64,000 nucleotides of DNA from Tubulanus polymorphus (taxonomy: Eukaryota; Animalia; Nemertea). The position numbers were made by a program, and so were the translations under genes. Location of the stretch: positions 4,804,600 to 4,868,599 of the forward strand of contig NC_134036.1 in assembly GCF_964204645.1 (NCBI RefSeq), in the 5' to 3' direction. Below, one piece after another: positions 52,040-64,000 of this stretch (positions are counted from its first letter, which is position 1; each line of letters starts with the position of its first letter). Under the pieces are notes generated by a model. It did not search any database, was not told the origin of the DNA, and saw only the letters and a list, made by a program, of their open reading frames with translations.

Positions 52040-55000
52040 ATGTTGTTTGGTATGGAGCAGCGACTGGGAGCGCTGTTTATAGCGTCGCTGATCGTCTGTC
52101 AAGTTCGCATCGCGCGCGCTGATCGCGCAGACTCTATCGAGGAATCGTCTGTGACGGTAAGTTCGTCTTGTAACAACACATGGTACCCGCTAGATTCTAC
52201 GTCCGGTTACATCGTTTCACCGAATTACCCGTCGTTAACGCGCGGTGTTGAATGTCGTTGGTTCATCAACAGTTCTTTACCGGGGACTTTTCACGTCCAA
52301 GTTTACCACGATATCGAGCTTTCAATATTCTGTAGTGATAACTACCTTCTCGTCCACGAGTCTGATAACAGATTGTGCGGTGATGGAAAACATGAAATTC
52401 GCCGTAACGATTCGATCTCGTTGATGTTTAGGAGTAACGTCGATGGTGCGCGAGGTAGTCGGGTTTATGTCATATATAGTTATGAACGAAGCCAATTGAA
52501 AATCAGTCACGACTGTTTAAGACACAATATAAGATTGGGGAGGCTAAAAGCTGAGCAGGGTTACAAATACACCATTGGAAAAATACAGAATTGTCAGTTA
52601 TTTGTTGAATGGAGCGGAATGCCGCGAGGTTATGCGTTGAATCTAACATTTATTGATACATCTTTTAAATTCTATTATGGTTGGAAATCATTGTCGGTAA
52701 CCATGAAAATACACGACGGTTGGAACACCAGCAATGAACCTTTAGCGCATATACCACACCAATCTGGACATCCAGCATCATCATTTTATACAAAAACAAA
52801 CAAAGCTGTTTTGGTGTCACTGCTGACACATCTACAGTCATTGCTTTTAGTACAGACGTATAGAATATCAGATTGGAACGTCTCTAATCCGTTGATTCAG
52901 ATCTCTAATAACGAGTCGGGAGTGCTCATTCCCGATGACAACAGTTTACACGTAATATTCCGATCAAAAAACTTACACTGCTGGTCTATCACAGTGCAGG
53001 TGTTACAATACGTCTTCTTCAACTGGACACGCGAACTCGTCATATCCGGTGACGTCATCGGTGTATATAAACTAGAAGGGTTACACGTTGTAGGAACTGA
53101 TATTTTACTCGGTTATAACTACCTAGAATCACTGAGTGTTAAATCTGACGGTTTCCTCGTGATAATGTGCGTTTTGAAAGCAACAGTCCACGAAAATGTG
53201 AGATTTGAAATAAACTATAGAATGGAATCTCTTTCGATATATGATATAAAGGTCATAAACCAGGTAAATATCACCTGTGAAATTTTGTTATCCCGTATCG
53301 ATACGACTTGAAATCATTTAAGATAAAAACTGTCTGATATGCTTGTAATATTGGCCAACTCTAGGTACCGGTGAACCGAATGTGGTTTATGACGCAAGAC
53401 TCGCTGTTTCCAAAACGAAATAAAGTCTCGGTGAATTATCGCGTCACTACATACGAGTTCAAATGGAAAGTTGATATCTATGAAGAGAATATGGAACTAA
53501 CAGTTTTATCAGAGAACTGCGAGCGAGCTGGATTTTACATATTCGACGGTGGTAATTTCACGGCTAGACGATACGGTCCGTATTGTCCTCGTTTATTCAC
53601 CCCGTACGACCGTAACGTCGTCAGTCTGATTACATCAGGTGGATCGGTTACTGTAGTAGGATACGCTTATAACTGGGATGATCAGTTAACAGTCGGTAAG
53701 ATATCATATCTCAGATTTCGTCCTACCGACTGCGACGGGTATGTTTTAAAGGATGGAGAACATCGGATCAATATGACGTCACACTGTCTCGTGATAACAC
53801 CGGAAAATCGACGCCTTCCTTTGAGAAATATTTATATATTATCAGAACACGAATATCAAATTGACCGATGTTTTCAGGATCATCTATCATTCGGTTCTTG
53901 TAGCAGGTATCTGAGATTGAGTAGTCAGGTTCTTAATAACGGTCTCGTATTAAACACTGTGAAAACACGTGTGGCGAATGTATTCTGGTTGTATTCATTA
54001 TTAGTTAAACTACGGCGTAAATGTCAACGATCGAAGATAGTGGCAGGCGTTATTGGCCAGACACCATTGAATGATAATTGCGGAATCATTCAATCACCAA
54101 ACTACCCGGGATCAGCGGGGCAAACCAGAGAAGCATTACTATATAGTTTTCCAAGTAGGAACATTCAGCGAATTCTGTACTACAGATTTGTAATCAAATA
54201 TACTGATATGATACAATGTGAGAAAACGAATCCGTGGGACAAGGACCCGATTGTAATAAACCATTCCATTATTGATAGAACTAGCGGTCAAACACATCAA
54301 CACGAAAATATAATATGCGACAATAACGCGATACCGGGACTTGTGTTTTATAGTTTAAGACATGAGAACCTGTGGTTTGAGGTGAAAAATCACATACCTT
54401 CTTTTCAAATACAATACATATTAGAACAGCCGTTACTGATAAAACAGTTTGAAAATGTCTGTAAATCGGGATTTCTAGATTCGGGAATTTCATGCGTAAA
54501 ATACATCAGAGATGAACGTCTAAATTGGGAGAATGCTGAATTGTATTGTAGACAGAAGTACGCGGGACATCTACTCAGTATCAACTCACAACAGGAGATG
54601 ATTTCTATCAAACGATTATTCGCAACAAAACTTCTTCTAAAGGCATATTCACAGAAAGCGCTCTTAATGATGATTGGATTAAAAATGAAGGTAAAATTCT
54701 TAATTTCTAAAACTATCTCGTTAAAAGAAATTTATATACCATCATGATGTTTTAATCATGAATTTGCCACTTAAACTTTTAGTCTACTTCTGGTTCTTAC
54801 ACATGGACTGATGGGAAACCATTGAGCTACACGGAGTGGTATCAACCTACAAATAACGACACGATACCTGAAGTTATTCGAGGATTGATATCACCTCTAA
54901 GAAAACAACCGATAAATGACGTCAATATGCCGTGTACGGCGATGATACTGAATAATCCACGAGGATCAGCGAACTGGGTTCGATTCCCATGTGAAATCGA

Positions 55001-58000
55001 AGAGGTCCACACGAGTTTCATTTGCGAAACTGAAAGAATTGATATCGAAAATAGAACAGCATTAATGTTGAACATAACCAAAAACGACACATTTCTAATA
55101 CGGGAAAATCCATTTCAAAATATTGATTTCAATGACTCGAGCTGTACGTTTGGTTTGGTAAGAATAGACAGACAATGCTATCAAATACTGACAGACTGGA
55201 ACACACATCGAGGTCTTGATATAAAAAGTGCGACAGAGATGTGTAATGGCGTCCGGGCCGAAGTAGGTAGTACAAACAGTAATACTGAAAAAGATATCTT
55301 AAATTTGATAACAACATTTCAATATCAACATCAATATAGCTCTGTACTAACGATGACTTCTTATGACACACTGCAAGTTATAAACCCAATAATAACCAGA
55401 GATGAAATTACTTATATTCAATCACTAAAATGGACGATGAAACAGTTTGATAACGCGACAGAAATAGCGCATTCTGTTTTGTGTTCATACAATGTAACTG
55501 ATGAAGAGTTAGCTTCTATAAGCGGTTGTAAATCGTGGCAGTTTGAATGTAACGATCAAAGATGTATCAGCGACCATCGCGTATGTGATACCAGACACGA
55601 CTGTCGACACGGCGAAGATGAACTGAGTTGTTCGCATATCAATTTACACAGTCAGTTTCAATGCGATGATGGTCAGGTTATATCAATAAGTGGTTTCTGT
55701 GATTTCATACAGGATTGTGTGGATGGTTCTGATGAGGAATCTTGTTTTCATCTCCCGTGTTTGTCTGAACAATTTCGCTGCAAAAGTGGTCAATGTTTCA
55801 GTAGGTCAAACAGATGTGATGGAGTCACTGATTGTAAAGACGGATCAGATGAAATGGGATGCACTACTAAAATGTGTCAGGGGTTCCTGTGTAACAGTGG
55901 AGACTGTATTAGTTCTCAGTTGTATCAGGATGGAGTCGTGGATTGTAGTGGAAGCCTCGAAGAAGATGAATTAGTAACGGCGACTAATGTTATAGTGAAT
56001 CCTACTGTTCAGTGCAATAATGAAAACTACTGCACAACTAACTTCACAAATCTCTGTACGGAATCAGATGAACAAAGGTGTTCTTTCGATTCTCCTCATT
56101 GTTATTCAAGACGTCACAGATGTATTCTAGAAAGAATGACAAATGGCTTCCCAGTTTGTCGAAATCTTGAGCACGTTTTGAGATGTGAAGAATTTGAATG
56201 TCCAGCAGGTACTGTAAAATGTCCAGCATCGTACTGTATACCGATCAGACAGGTGTGCGATGGTCAATCAGATTGTCCTAATTCAGAAGATGAGCAAAAC
56301 TGCGAGACATTTTCTTGTCCAGGAATGTTTAAATGTGGTCAGGAAAATCGGTGTATTCCACAATCTGAAGTTTGTGACGGTTTCGTCAACTGTAAACATA
56401 CAAAAGATGACGAGGCTTTCTGTAATGTCACGTGTAAGAAGGGCTGTAGATGTCAAGGTCATTTGATTGATTGTGCGAATGCTCGTTTAAAAGATGTAAC
56501 TGGTCTTTTCTCGACATCAAGTCGAGTTTTAATTCTGTCGAATAACAGAATTATTCTGAGCGAGTCGACGTTTTCATTATTCGTTTATCTTCGAATGCTT
56601 AACATCTCTTCCAATGAATTGTCTCATATTTTACCGAACTCGTTCACAAACCTGCATAATTTACATACATTAGATCTTACATACAACAACATAACATCAT
56701 TATCCACAAACACATTCATCGGTTTGTATAATTTAAAAGAGTTATTGATAACTGAAAATCCTATACGCCATTTAGACGACAATACCTTCCAAGATTTAAT
56801 GTCATTACAAATTCTGAACCTTCAAGGGCTTTCAGTTTTGCTGCTTGGTAGAGATGTATTTAGAGGTTTATCTGCATTGCAGTCGTTGGATATTAGCAGT
56901 AACAGAATCCATCATATTTCACGATATGCTTTTTCAGGATTAAATGAACTTAGAATTCTCGATATCACCAATAACTCTAAATTTATTTTGACTGAGACAG
57001 GCGTTTTCGATAATCTAACATCATTAGTCTCGTTAACGTCTGATGCTTACAAATTTTGTTGCATGGCATCGAATGTTGACCAGTGTCTTCCTGAAGCTGA
57101 TGAATTTTCCTCCTGTTCTGATCTGATGGGTAACACAATCCTCAGAGCTATCATCTGGATCATTGCTTCATTTAGTTTCTTCGCGAACAGTATCGTCATT
57201 TTATTTCGTCTTCGATCAAATCGACTTTCATCCTCCGAGAAACGTAACACATCTTCTGATATCTTAATCATCAATATCGCAGCTTGTGATTTTCTCATGT
57301 CGATTTATTTGTTTTCGATCGCGGGTGCAGATTATATTTATAAAGGAGATTATTTCCTAAATTCTGAAACTTGGACGGATAGTTCATTGTGTAGTTTCGC
57401 CGGAGTCACGGTGACTATTTCTTGTGAAGGCTCATTGACGTTTCTATTTATTCTAACACGGCAGAGATTCTCGAATATCGTTAATCCATTTTCTGGAAGC
57501 CCGATTACATCACCGAGATATGTGTGCATTATTTGTGGCATGTGTTGGGTTACTATAAGTACAATCTCTATAATACCGCTGTCACAATTATCTTATTTCG
57601 GTATTAAATTCTACGGTACTACTGGAGTTTGTTTACCTATGAATCTAATATCAATTGATGTCAATGCCTGGCAATATTCATTCGCTATTTTTGCGGTATT
57701 CAACTCGTTCATACTCGCTACGATAATGGCGACTTATGCGCAAATGTACAGACTCGTATCTGGAAGCAGGTCTGGTTCAGGTAGAATCGATCCTACCGAA
57801 CTGATTTTAGCACGTAGAAGTTTAGTGATAAATCTTTGTAATTTATTTTGCTGGCTGCCGTTAATTATCGTTCAGTTTTGCGCGGTATTTCGGGTAGAAA
57901 TACCGAATCAGGTGGCGGCTTGGCTGGCGGTTCTTTTCTTACCGATCAACTCGTCCCTCAATCTCCTTCTTTACACAATACTGACTATCGATATGAAATC

Positions 58001-58034
58001 AATACGAGCAAAAACTAAACGCTTTCGGCAATAA
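52040..58034 (+). CDS. GRL101-like CUB/CTL/LDLa/LRR GPCR copy 6, ~1933 aa
   Basis: Exons 52040-53263, 53365-54690, 54783-58034; introns 101 and 92 nt, phase 0; frame open; TM7 NPxxY changed to NLLLY. Confidence 0.9.
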
Positions 58035-59714
58035 ATGTTTTAAACAGTCTAAACGCATTGATCCAGCTAATTAATCGGGTTGTCCTATTTAACCTCAAGA
58101 ATTGGTTTGTTTGAATTACTCCATCAAATTCTAATAGAGACTGAAAAGATACAAATTTCATCCTAAATCACCGCCCTCTCAAGACGTGGCTAAAAATTAT
58201 AGAAAACATTGGGACTTTCAATTAAGTATTGATTTCTTAAAAACCTGAGCGAAAGAAGTTATCAGAACGTTTCTGAAATATTATTGGGCGTGGGTATTCA
58301 CGACACGTAGAAATGATTGAACCGAAAATTATTTTTTTTTAAATTGGTTGAATAAGGCGTGAATATAAGGTTGTCCGAAATATTTGTGAAACGTTGGACC
58401 AGTTATTTTTTTATCTTTCCTGCTAATTCAGGTTCATAAAAAATGAAAAATGAATTGACCTCGCAAATTCTCAGTGCTTCATTCGTTGTTAGAATTCTAA
58501 GCCGTCACGTTTGAAACATTAAGCCAAATCTTTATTTTATTTTCCTAATATAAGATAGCGAATATTTTGTTTTCTTAACCCTCAATCGAATGCGGAATTT
58601 TCTTTGAAAATAATTCTTTTCACGATGGGGGAGTATAGAATAGATTTTATATCGCAAACACTTTCGTTTTGGATTCATCACTTCGACGGTACGAGTAACG
58701 TTAAGATAATAAATAGGTCAAGAGATTTTAAGGCGATTTTCTACCAGTGTTGTTTATAATCAACTTAACGCTAAATTTCATTTTTATTGGATATAGATTT
58801 TTGCCCAGACTCGAGCTACCCACTCGACAGTCATCAACTTGTAGATCTATTTCCAAATATGAATAAATGTAAATACAGCCTACGAAGTATTATACAGAAC
58901 TGTATTAGATTGGAGAATGTTTACGCTGAAAGTTACCAATTACGTGATTGGTCTATAGAAAAACCCAGACGAATTTGACATAACATCCAACTTTGATATA
59001 TCCTATAGATTTCCGATTACAAACACGAGCCCGCTGTTTTATTCTCGGTATGTTTGATTTGTTGGTTGTATAACACATTAATCTAATCAGCCTAACATTA
59101 AACTAACCGATTGAGCGAATAAGAAGGGCAATACATATTTCAAGATCGAAAACTTCAAAACGCGGTTCGTGAATTCGCGAAAACGGCGCCTTAGTAACGC
59201 GTAAAGTAACGCGCTACGACTGGTTTGAACTCACGCCAGTCACCGATTTTCAAAATTGTCAAAATCCTAAAACCGTGCGATGCGTGTGAACTTCAATTCC
59301 AATAATATTCATGAAGTCGAATTTTGTCGGAAGGTCGAGCGAAAATATATATTCGACAAGCTAATGAAATATTAATTTAAATATAGAATACGTAAACGAA
59401 CGACCAGAAATAATTGGAACATTTTTATGTACAATTGGACATGAATATTTACCGGGCCTAATGGAAACGTGAAACTGAAAATTGCTGCACAGATTGATGG
59501 TAATTACTGGAGAACTCGTTCGAAAGTAATGTCAACGTTTGAAAATACATTTGTATCCTGAATTTGCTGATTGCAGCAAATGAATACTAAGAAATCTCAA
59601 ATGCTCCATCATTTATGGAGAAAATTTGAAGATAGAAAGTAATGCGAAAAGGCGATCCGTAATTGAAATAACAACTTTTGAATCAGGAATGAATTCCAAC
59701 GTTGTGTCGTGTTG

Positions 59715-62700
59715 ATGTTGTTCGGTATGGAGCAGCGACTGAGGGCGCTTTTAATATTGTCGCTGATCGTCTGTCAAGTTCGCATCGCGCGCGCTGATCG
59801 CGCAGACTCTATCGAGGAATCGTCTGTGACGGTAAGTTCGTCTTGTAACAACACGTGGTACCCGCTAGATTCTACGTCCGGTTACATCGTTTCACCGAAT
59901 TACCCTTCGTTAACGCGCGGTGTTGAATGTCGTTGGTTCATCAACGGTTCTTTACCGGGAACTATTCGGGTCCAAATTTACTACGATATCGAGCCGTCAA
60001 TATTCTGTAGTGATAACTACCTTCTCGTCTACGAGTCTAATAACAGATTCTGCGGCGATGGAAAACATGAAATTCGCCAAAACAATTCGATCTCGTTGAT
60101 GTTTAGGAGTAACGTCGATGGTGCGCGAGGTAGTCGGGTATACATCATATATCGTTATAAACGAAATCATTTGTTAATTAGTCACGATTGCCCCAAATAT
60201 CTCCGATTGAAAGAAATACAAACATCAATAGGATACAGATATCAGATAAGCTACTTACTAACGTGCAAATTGTTTTTGGAATGGATCGGGATGCCGGATG
60301 ATTTTGGCATGAACCTGACCTTAAGAAAGCTAAGTTTGAAAGTAAGCCCAGGCGCTGATCCAGCGACGACTGTTAAAATCCACGACGGATGGAACACCAG
60401 CAGTGAACCTATAGGTCTTATACGAGAACAAACCGGGCATCCACCGTCATCATTTTATACTAAAACAAGCCAAGCCGTCATATCACTGCTATATCCTCGA
60501 CTGTTTTTTGAAACACAGCTTCTAATTCAAATGTACGAAATATCGGATTGGAACGTCTCTAATCCGTTGATTCGCATCTCTAATAACGAGTCGGGAGTGC
60601 TTATTCCCGATGAAAACAGTTTACACGTAATAACTCGATCGAAACACTTACACTGCTGGTCTATCACAGTGCAGGTGTTACAGTACGTCGTCTTCAACTG
60701 GACACGTGATCTCGTCACAACCGGTGACGTCAAAAGTGTATATAAACTAGAAGGGTTACGCGTTGTAGGAACTGATATTTTACTCGGTTACAACTACCTA
60801 AAATCACTGAGTGTCAAATCTGACGGATTTCTCGTCATACTGTGGGTTCTGAAAGCAACCGTTCACGACAATGCGAGATTTGAAATAAACTATAAAATTG
60901 AATCTATTTCGATAGGTGATGTTAAGGTCAACAACCGTCAGGTGAGTAACAACTGTGAAATTATGTTACTCTGTGTCAGAAATTTATGTCAACTTGATCT
61001 GTCTGATATGCTTAATATTGGAAACCCTAGGTCACTGTGAACCGAATGTGGTCAATGAAAACAAACTCGCTGTTTCCAAAACGAAATAAAGCCTCGGTGA
61101 ATTATCGCTTCACTAGATACGAGTTTAAATGGAAAATTGATATTCATGACGAAAAAATGGAACTAACAGTTTTATCAGAGAACTGCGAGCGAGCTGGATT
61201 TTACATATTCGACGGTGGTAATTTCACGGCTAGACGATACGGTCCGTATTGTCCTCGTTTATACGCCCCGTACGACCGTAACGTGGTCAGTCTGATTACA
61301 TGAGGTGGATCGGTTACTGTTGTAGGATACGCTTATAATTGGGACGGTCAGTTGACAGTCGATAAGGAATCATATCTCAGATTTCGTCATACCGACTGTG
61401 ACGGGTATGTTTTAAAGGAGGGAGAACGTCAGATCAATATGACATCACACTGTCTCGTGATTACACCCGAAAACCGACGCCTTCCTCTAAGAAATATTCA
61501 CATTTTATCAGAACACGAATATCAAATTGACCGATGTTTTCAGGATTCTCTCTTATTCGGTTCTTGTAGCAGGTATCTGACATTGAGCAGTCAGTATCTC
61601 AATAACAGTCTAGTAATAAACACCGTTAAAACACAATTCATGGTTCCATTCTGGTATAATCCTTTATTGGTGAAACTACGTCGTAAATGTCAACGATCCA
61701 AGAAAGTTGACGTATATGGTATCAACCAGGCACCACTGAATGATAATTGCGGAATCATTCAGTCACCAAACTACCCTGGATCAGCAGGGTACACCAGGGA
61801 AGCATTAATATATAGTTTTCAATCGAGCATCACTCGACGAATTCAGTACTACAGATTTGTGATAAAACATATTGAAATGATACGATGTGAGAAATCACAC
61901 CCGCGAGCCAAGGACCTGATTCTAATAAAACAATCCATTACTGATACAACTAGCGGCCAAACACATCAACGCGAAAATAGAATATGTGACAATAACGCGT
62001 TACCAGGACTTGTGTTTTATAGTTTAAGACATGAGAACCTCAGGTTTGAGGTGAAATATTACATACCGACATTTCAAATACAATACACATTAGAACAGTC
62101 GATACGGGTAAAACAGTTTAAAAATGTCTGTAAATCAGGATTTTTAGATTCGGGAATTTCATGCGTAAAATACATCAGAGATGAACGTCTGAATTGGGAG
62201 AATGCTGAATTGTACTGTAGACAGAAGTACGCGGGACATCTACTCAGTATCAACTCACAACAGGAAATGATTTCTATTAAAAGATTATTCGCTACAAAGC
62301 TTCTTCTAAAGGCATATTCACAGATAGCGCTCATAATGATGATTGGATTAAAACGGCAAGTAAGTCATGAAATAAGTCATTAGAAAGTTTGTATATAAGA
62401 ATTTGATGTTATGTTTAATCACGTGTTTGCAACTTAATTTTTCAGCCCGTTTCTGGTTATTACACTTGGACTGATGGAAAACCATTGAGCTACACAGAGT
62501 GGTATAAACCTACAAACAACGACACGATACCAGACGTTATTCAAGGATTGATATCTCCTCTTAGAAAACAACCGATAAATGACGTCAATATGCCGTGTAC
62601 GGCGATGATACTGAATAATCCACGAGGATCAGCGAACTGGGTTCGATTCCCCTGCGAAATCGAAGAGGTTCATACGAGTTTCATTTGCGAAACTGAAAGA

Positions 62701-64000
62701 ATTTTTATCGAAAATAGAACAGCAACAAAGTGGAATGTAACCAAAAACGACACATTTCTGATACGGGAAAATGCATTTCAAGATATTAAATTCAATGAAT
62801 CGAGCTGTACGATTGGTTTAATAAGCATAGACAGACAATGCTATCTCTTACTAACGGACTGGAACACACATCGAGGTCTTGATATAAAAACTGCGACAGA
62901 GATGTGTAATGGCGTCCGGGCCGAAGTAGGTAGTATTAAAATTAATATTCAAAAAGATATCTTAAATTTGATAACAGCATTTCAATATGAACATCAATAT
63001 AGCTCTATACTAACGATAAGGTCTAATGACAGACTGCAAGTTATAAACCCAATAATCACCAGAGATGAAATTACTTATATTCAATCAGTTAAATGGATGA
63101 TGAAACATTTTGATAATGCGACAGATACAGCGCATTCTGTTTTGTGTTCATACAATGTAACTGATGAAGAGTTAACTTCTATAAGCGGTTGTAAATCGTG
63201 GCAGTTTAAATGTAACGATCAAAGATGTATCAGCGACCATCGCGTATGTGATACCAGACACGACTGCCAACACGGTGGAGATGAACTCAATTGTACGGAT
63301 ATAAATTTCCACAGTCAGTTTCAATGCTATGATGGTCAAGTGATATCAATAAGTGGTTTCTGTGATTTCATACAAGATTGTGCGGATGGTTCTGATGAGG
63401 AATCTTGTATTCATCCCCCGTGTTTGTCAGAACAATTTCGCTGCACAAGTGGTCAATGTTTCAGTAGGTCAAACAGATGTGATGGAGTCACTGATTGTAA
63501 AGACGGATCAGATGAAATGGGATGCACTACTGAAATGTGTCAGGGGTTCCTGTGTAACAGTGGAGACTGTATTAGTTCTCAGTTATATCAGGATGGTGTC
63601 GTGGATTGTAGTGGAAGCCTCGAAGAAGATGAATTAGTAACAACTACTAATGTTACAGTGAATCCTACTGTTCAGTGCAATGATGAAAACTACTGCACGA
63701 CTAACTTCACCAATCTCTGTACGGAATCAGATGAACAAAGGTGTTCTTTCAATTCTCCTCACTGTTATTCAAGACGTCACAGATGTATTCTAGAAAGAAT
63801 GACAAATGGTTCCCCAGTTTGTAGAAATCTCGAGCACGTATTGAGATGTGAAGAATTTGATTGTCCAGCTGGTACTGTAAAATGTCCAGCATCGTACTGT
63901 ATACCGATCAGACAGGTGTGCGATGGTCAATCAGATTGTCCTTATTCAGAAGATGAACAAAACTGCGAGACATTTTCATGTCCAGGAATGTTTAAATGTG
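59715..64000 (+). pseudogene. GRL101-like receptor copy 7, nonsense codon in exon 2, 3' end outside the window
   Basis: Exons 59715-60941, 61031-62359, 62446->64000; introns 89 and 86 nt. TGA at 61301-61303 where other copies have Ser (TCA/TCC/TCG) in LI(T/S)SGG. Confidence 0.8.

Larger units (their letters stand above)
13821..64000 (+). repeat. Head-to-tail tandem gene array, at least 7 units of 7.47-7.78 kb, continuing beyond the window
   Basis: First ATGs at 13821, 21474, 29123, 36906, 44568, 52040, 59715 (spacings 7653, 7649, 7783, 7662, 7472, 7675); exons, introns and the ~1.5-1.8 kb spacers are all homologous. Confidence 0.98.

Noticed and set aside
1-64000. CRISPR arrays, rRNA, or intact tRNA genes
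   Set aside because: None seen; the only tRNA-like boxes belong to the decayed SINE

Overview
This is a eukaryotic, animal window, most likely an invertebrate (spiralian- or deuterostome-like; the taxon cannot be fixed from sequence). It has GT-AG introns, abundant CpG, and no prokaryotic features. The first ~13 kb carries two intronless class-A peptide-receptor-like GPCR genes (+), a Tctex1-domain dynein light chain gene (-), several small CWG-target MITEs, a tRNA-derived SINE remnant and an (AT)n microsatellite. From ~13.8 kb to the end is a head-to-tail array of at least seven ~7.5-7.8 kb units. Each unit is ONE three-exon gene: the three long ORFs per unit are joined by two short phase-0 introns. 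The product is a ~1,930-aa receptor: signal peptide, CUB and CUB-like domains, C-type lectin domain(s), LDLa repeats, LRRs and a rhodopsin-type 7TM, i.e. a GRL101-like (type C2) LGR with an extended CUB/lectin N-terminus. Copies 1, 2, 4, 5 and 6 are open, copy 3 has a frameshift, and copy 7 has a nonsense codon and runs off the window. The copies are patchwork mosaics of each other, with variation concentrated in the distal ectodomain and a nearly invariant LRR-7TM. This pattern suggests a recombination-diversified recognition-receptor locus (immune, chemosensory or allorecognition; function is inference).
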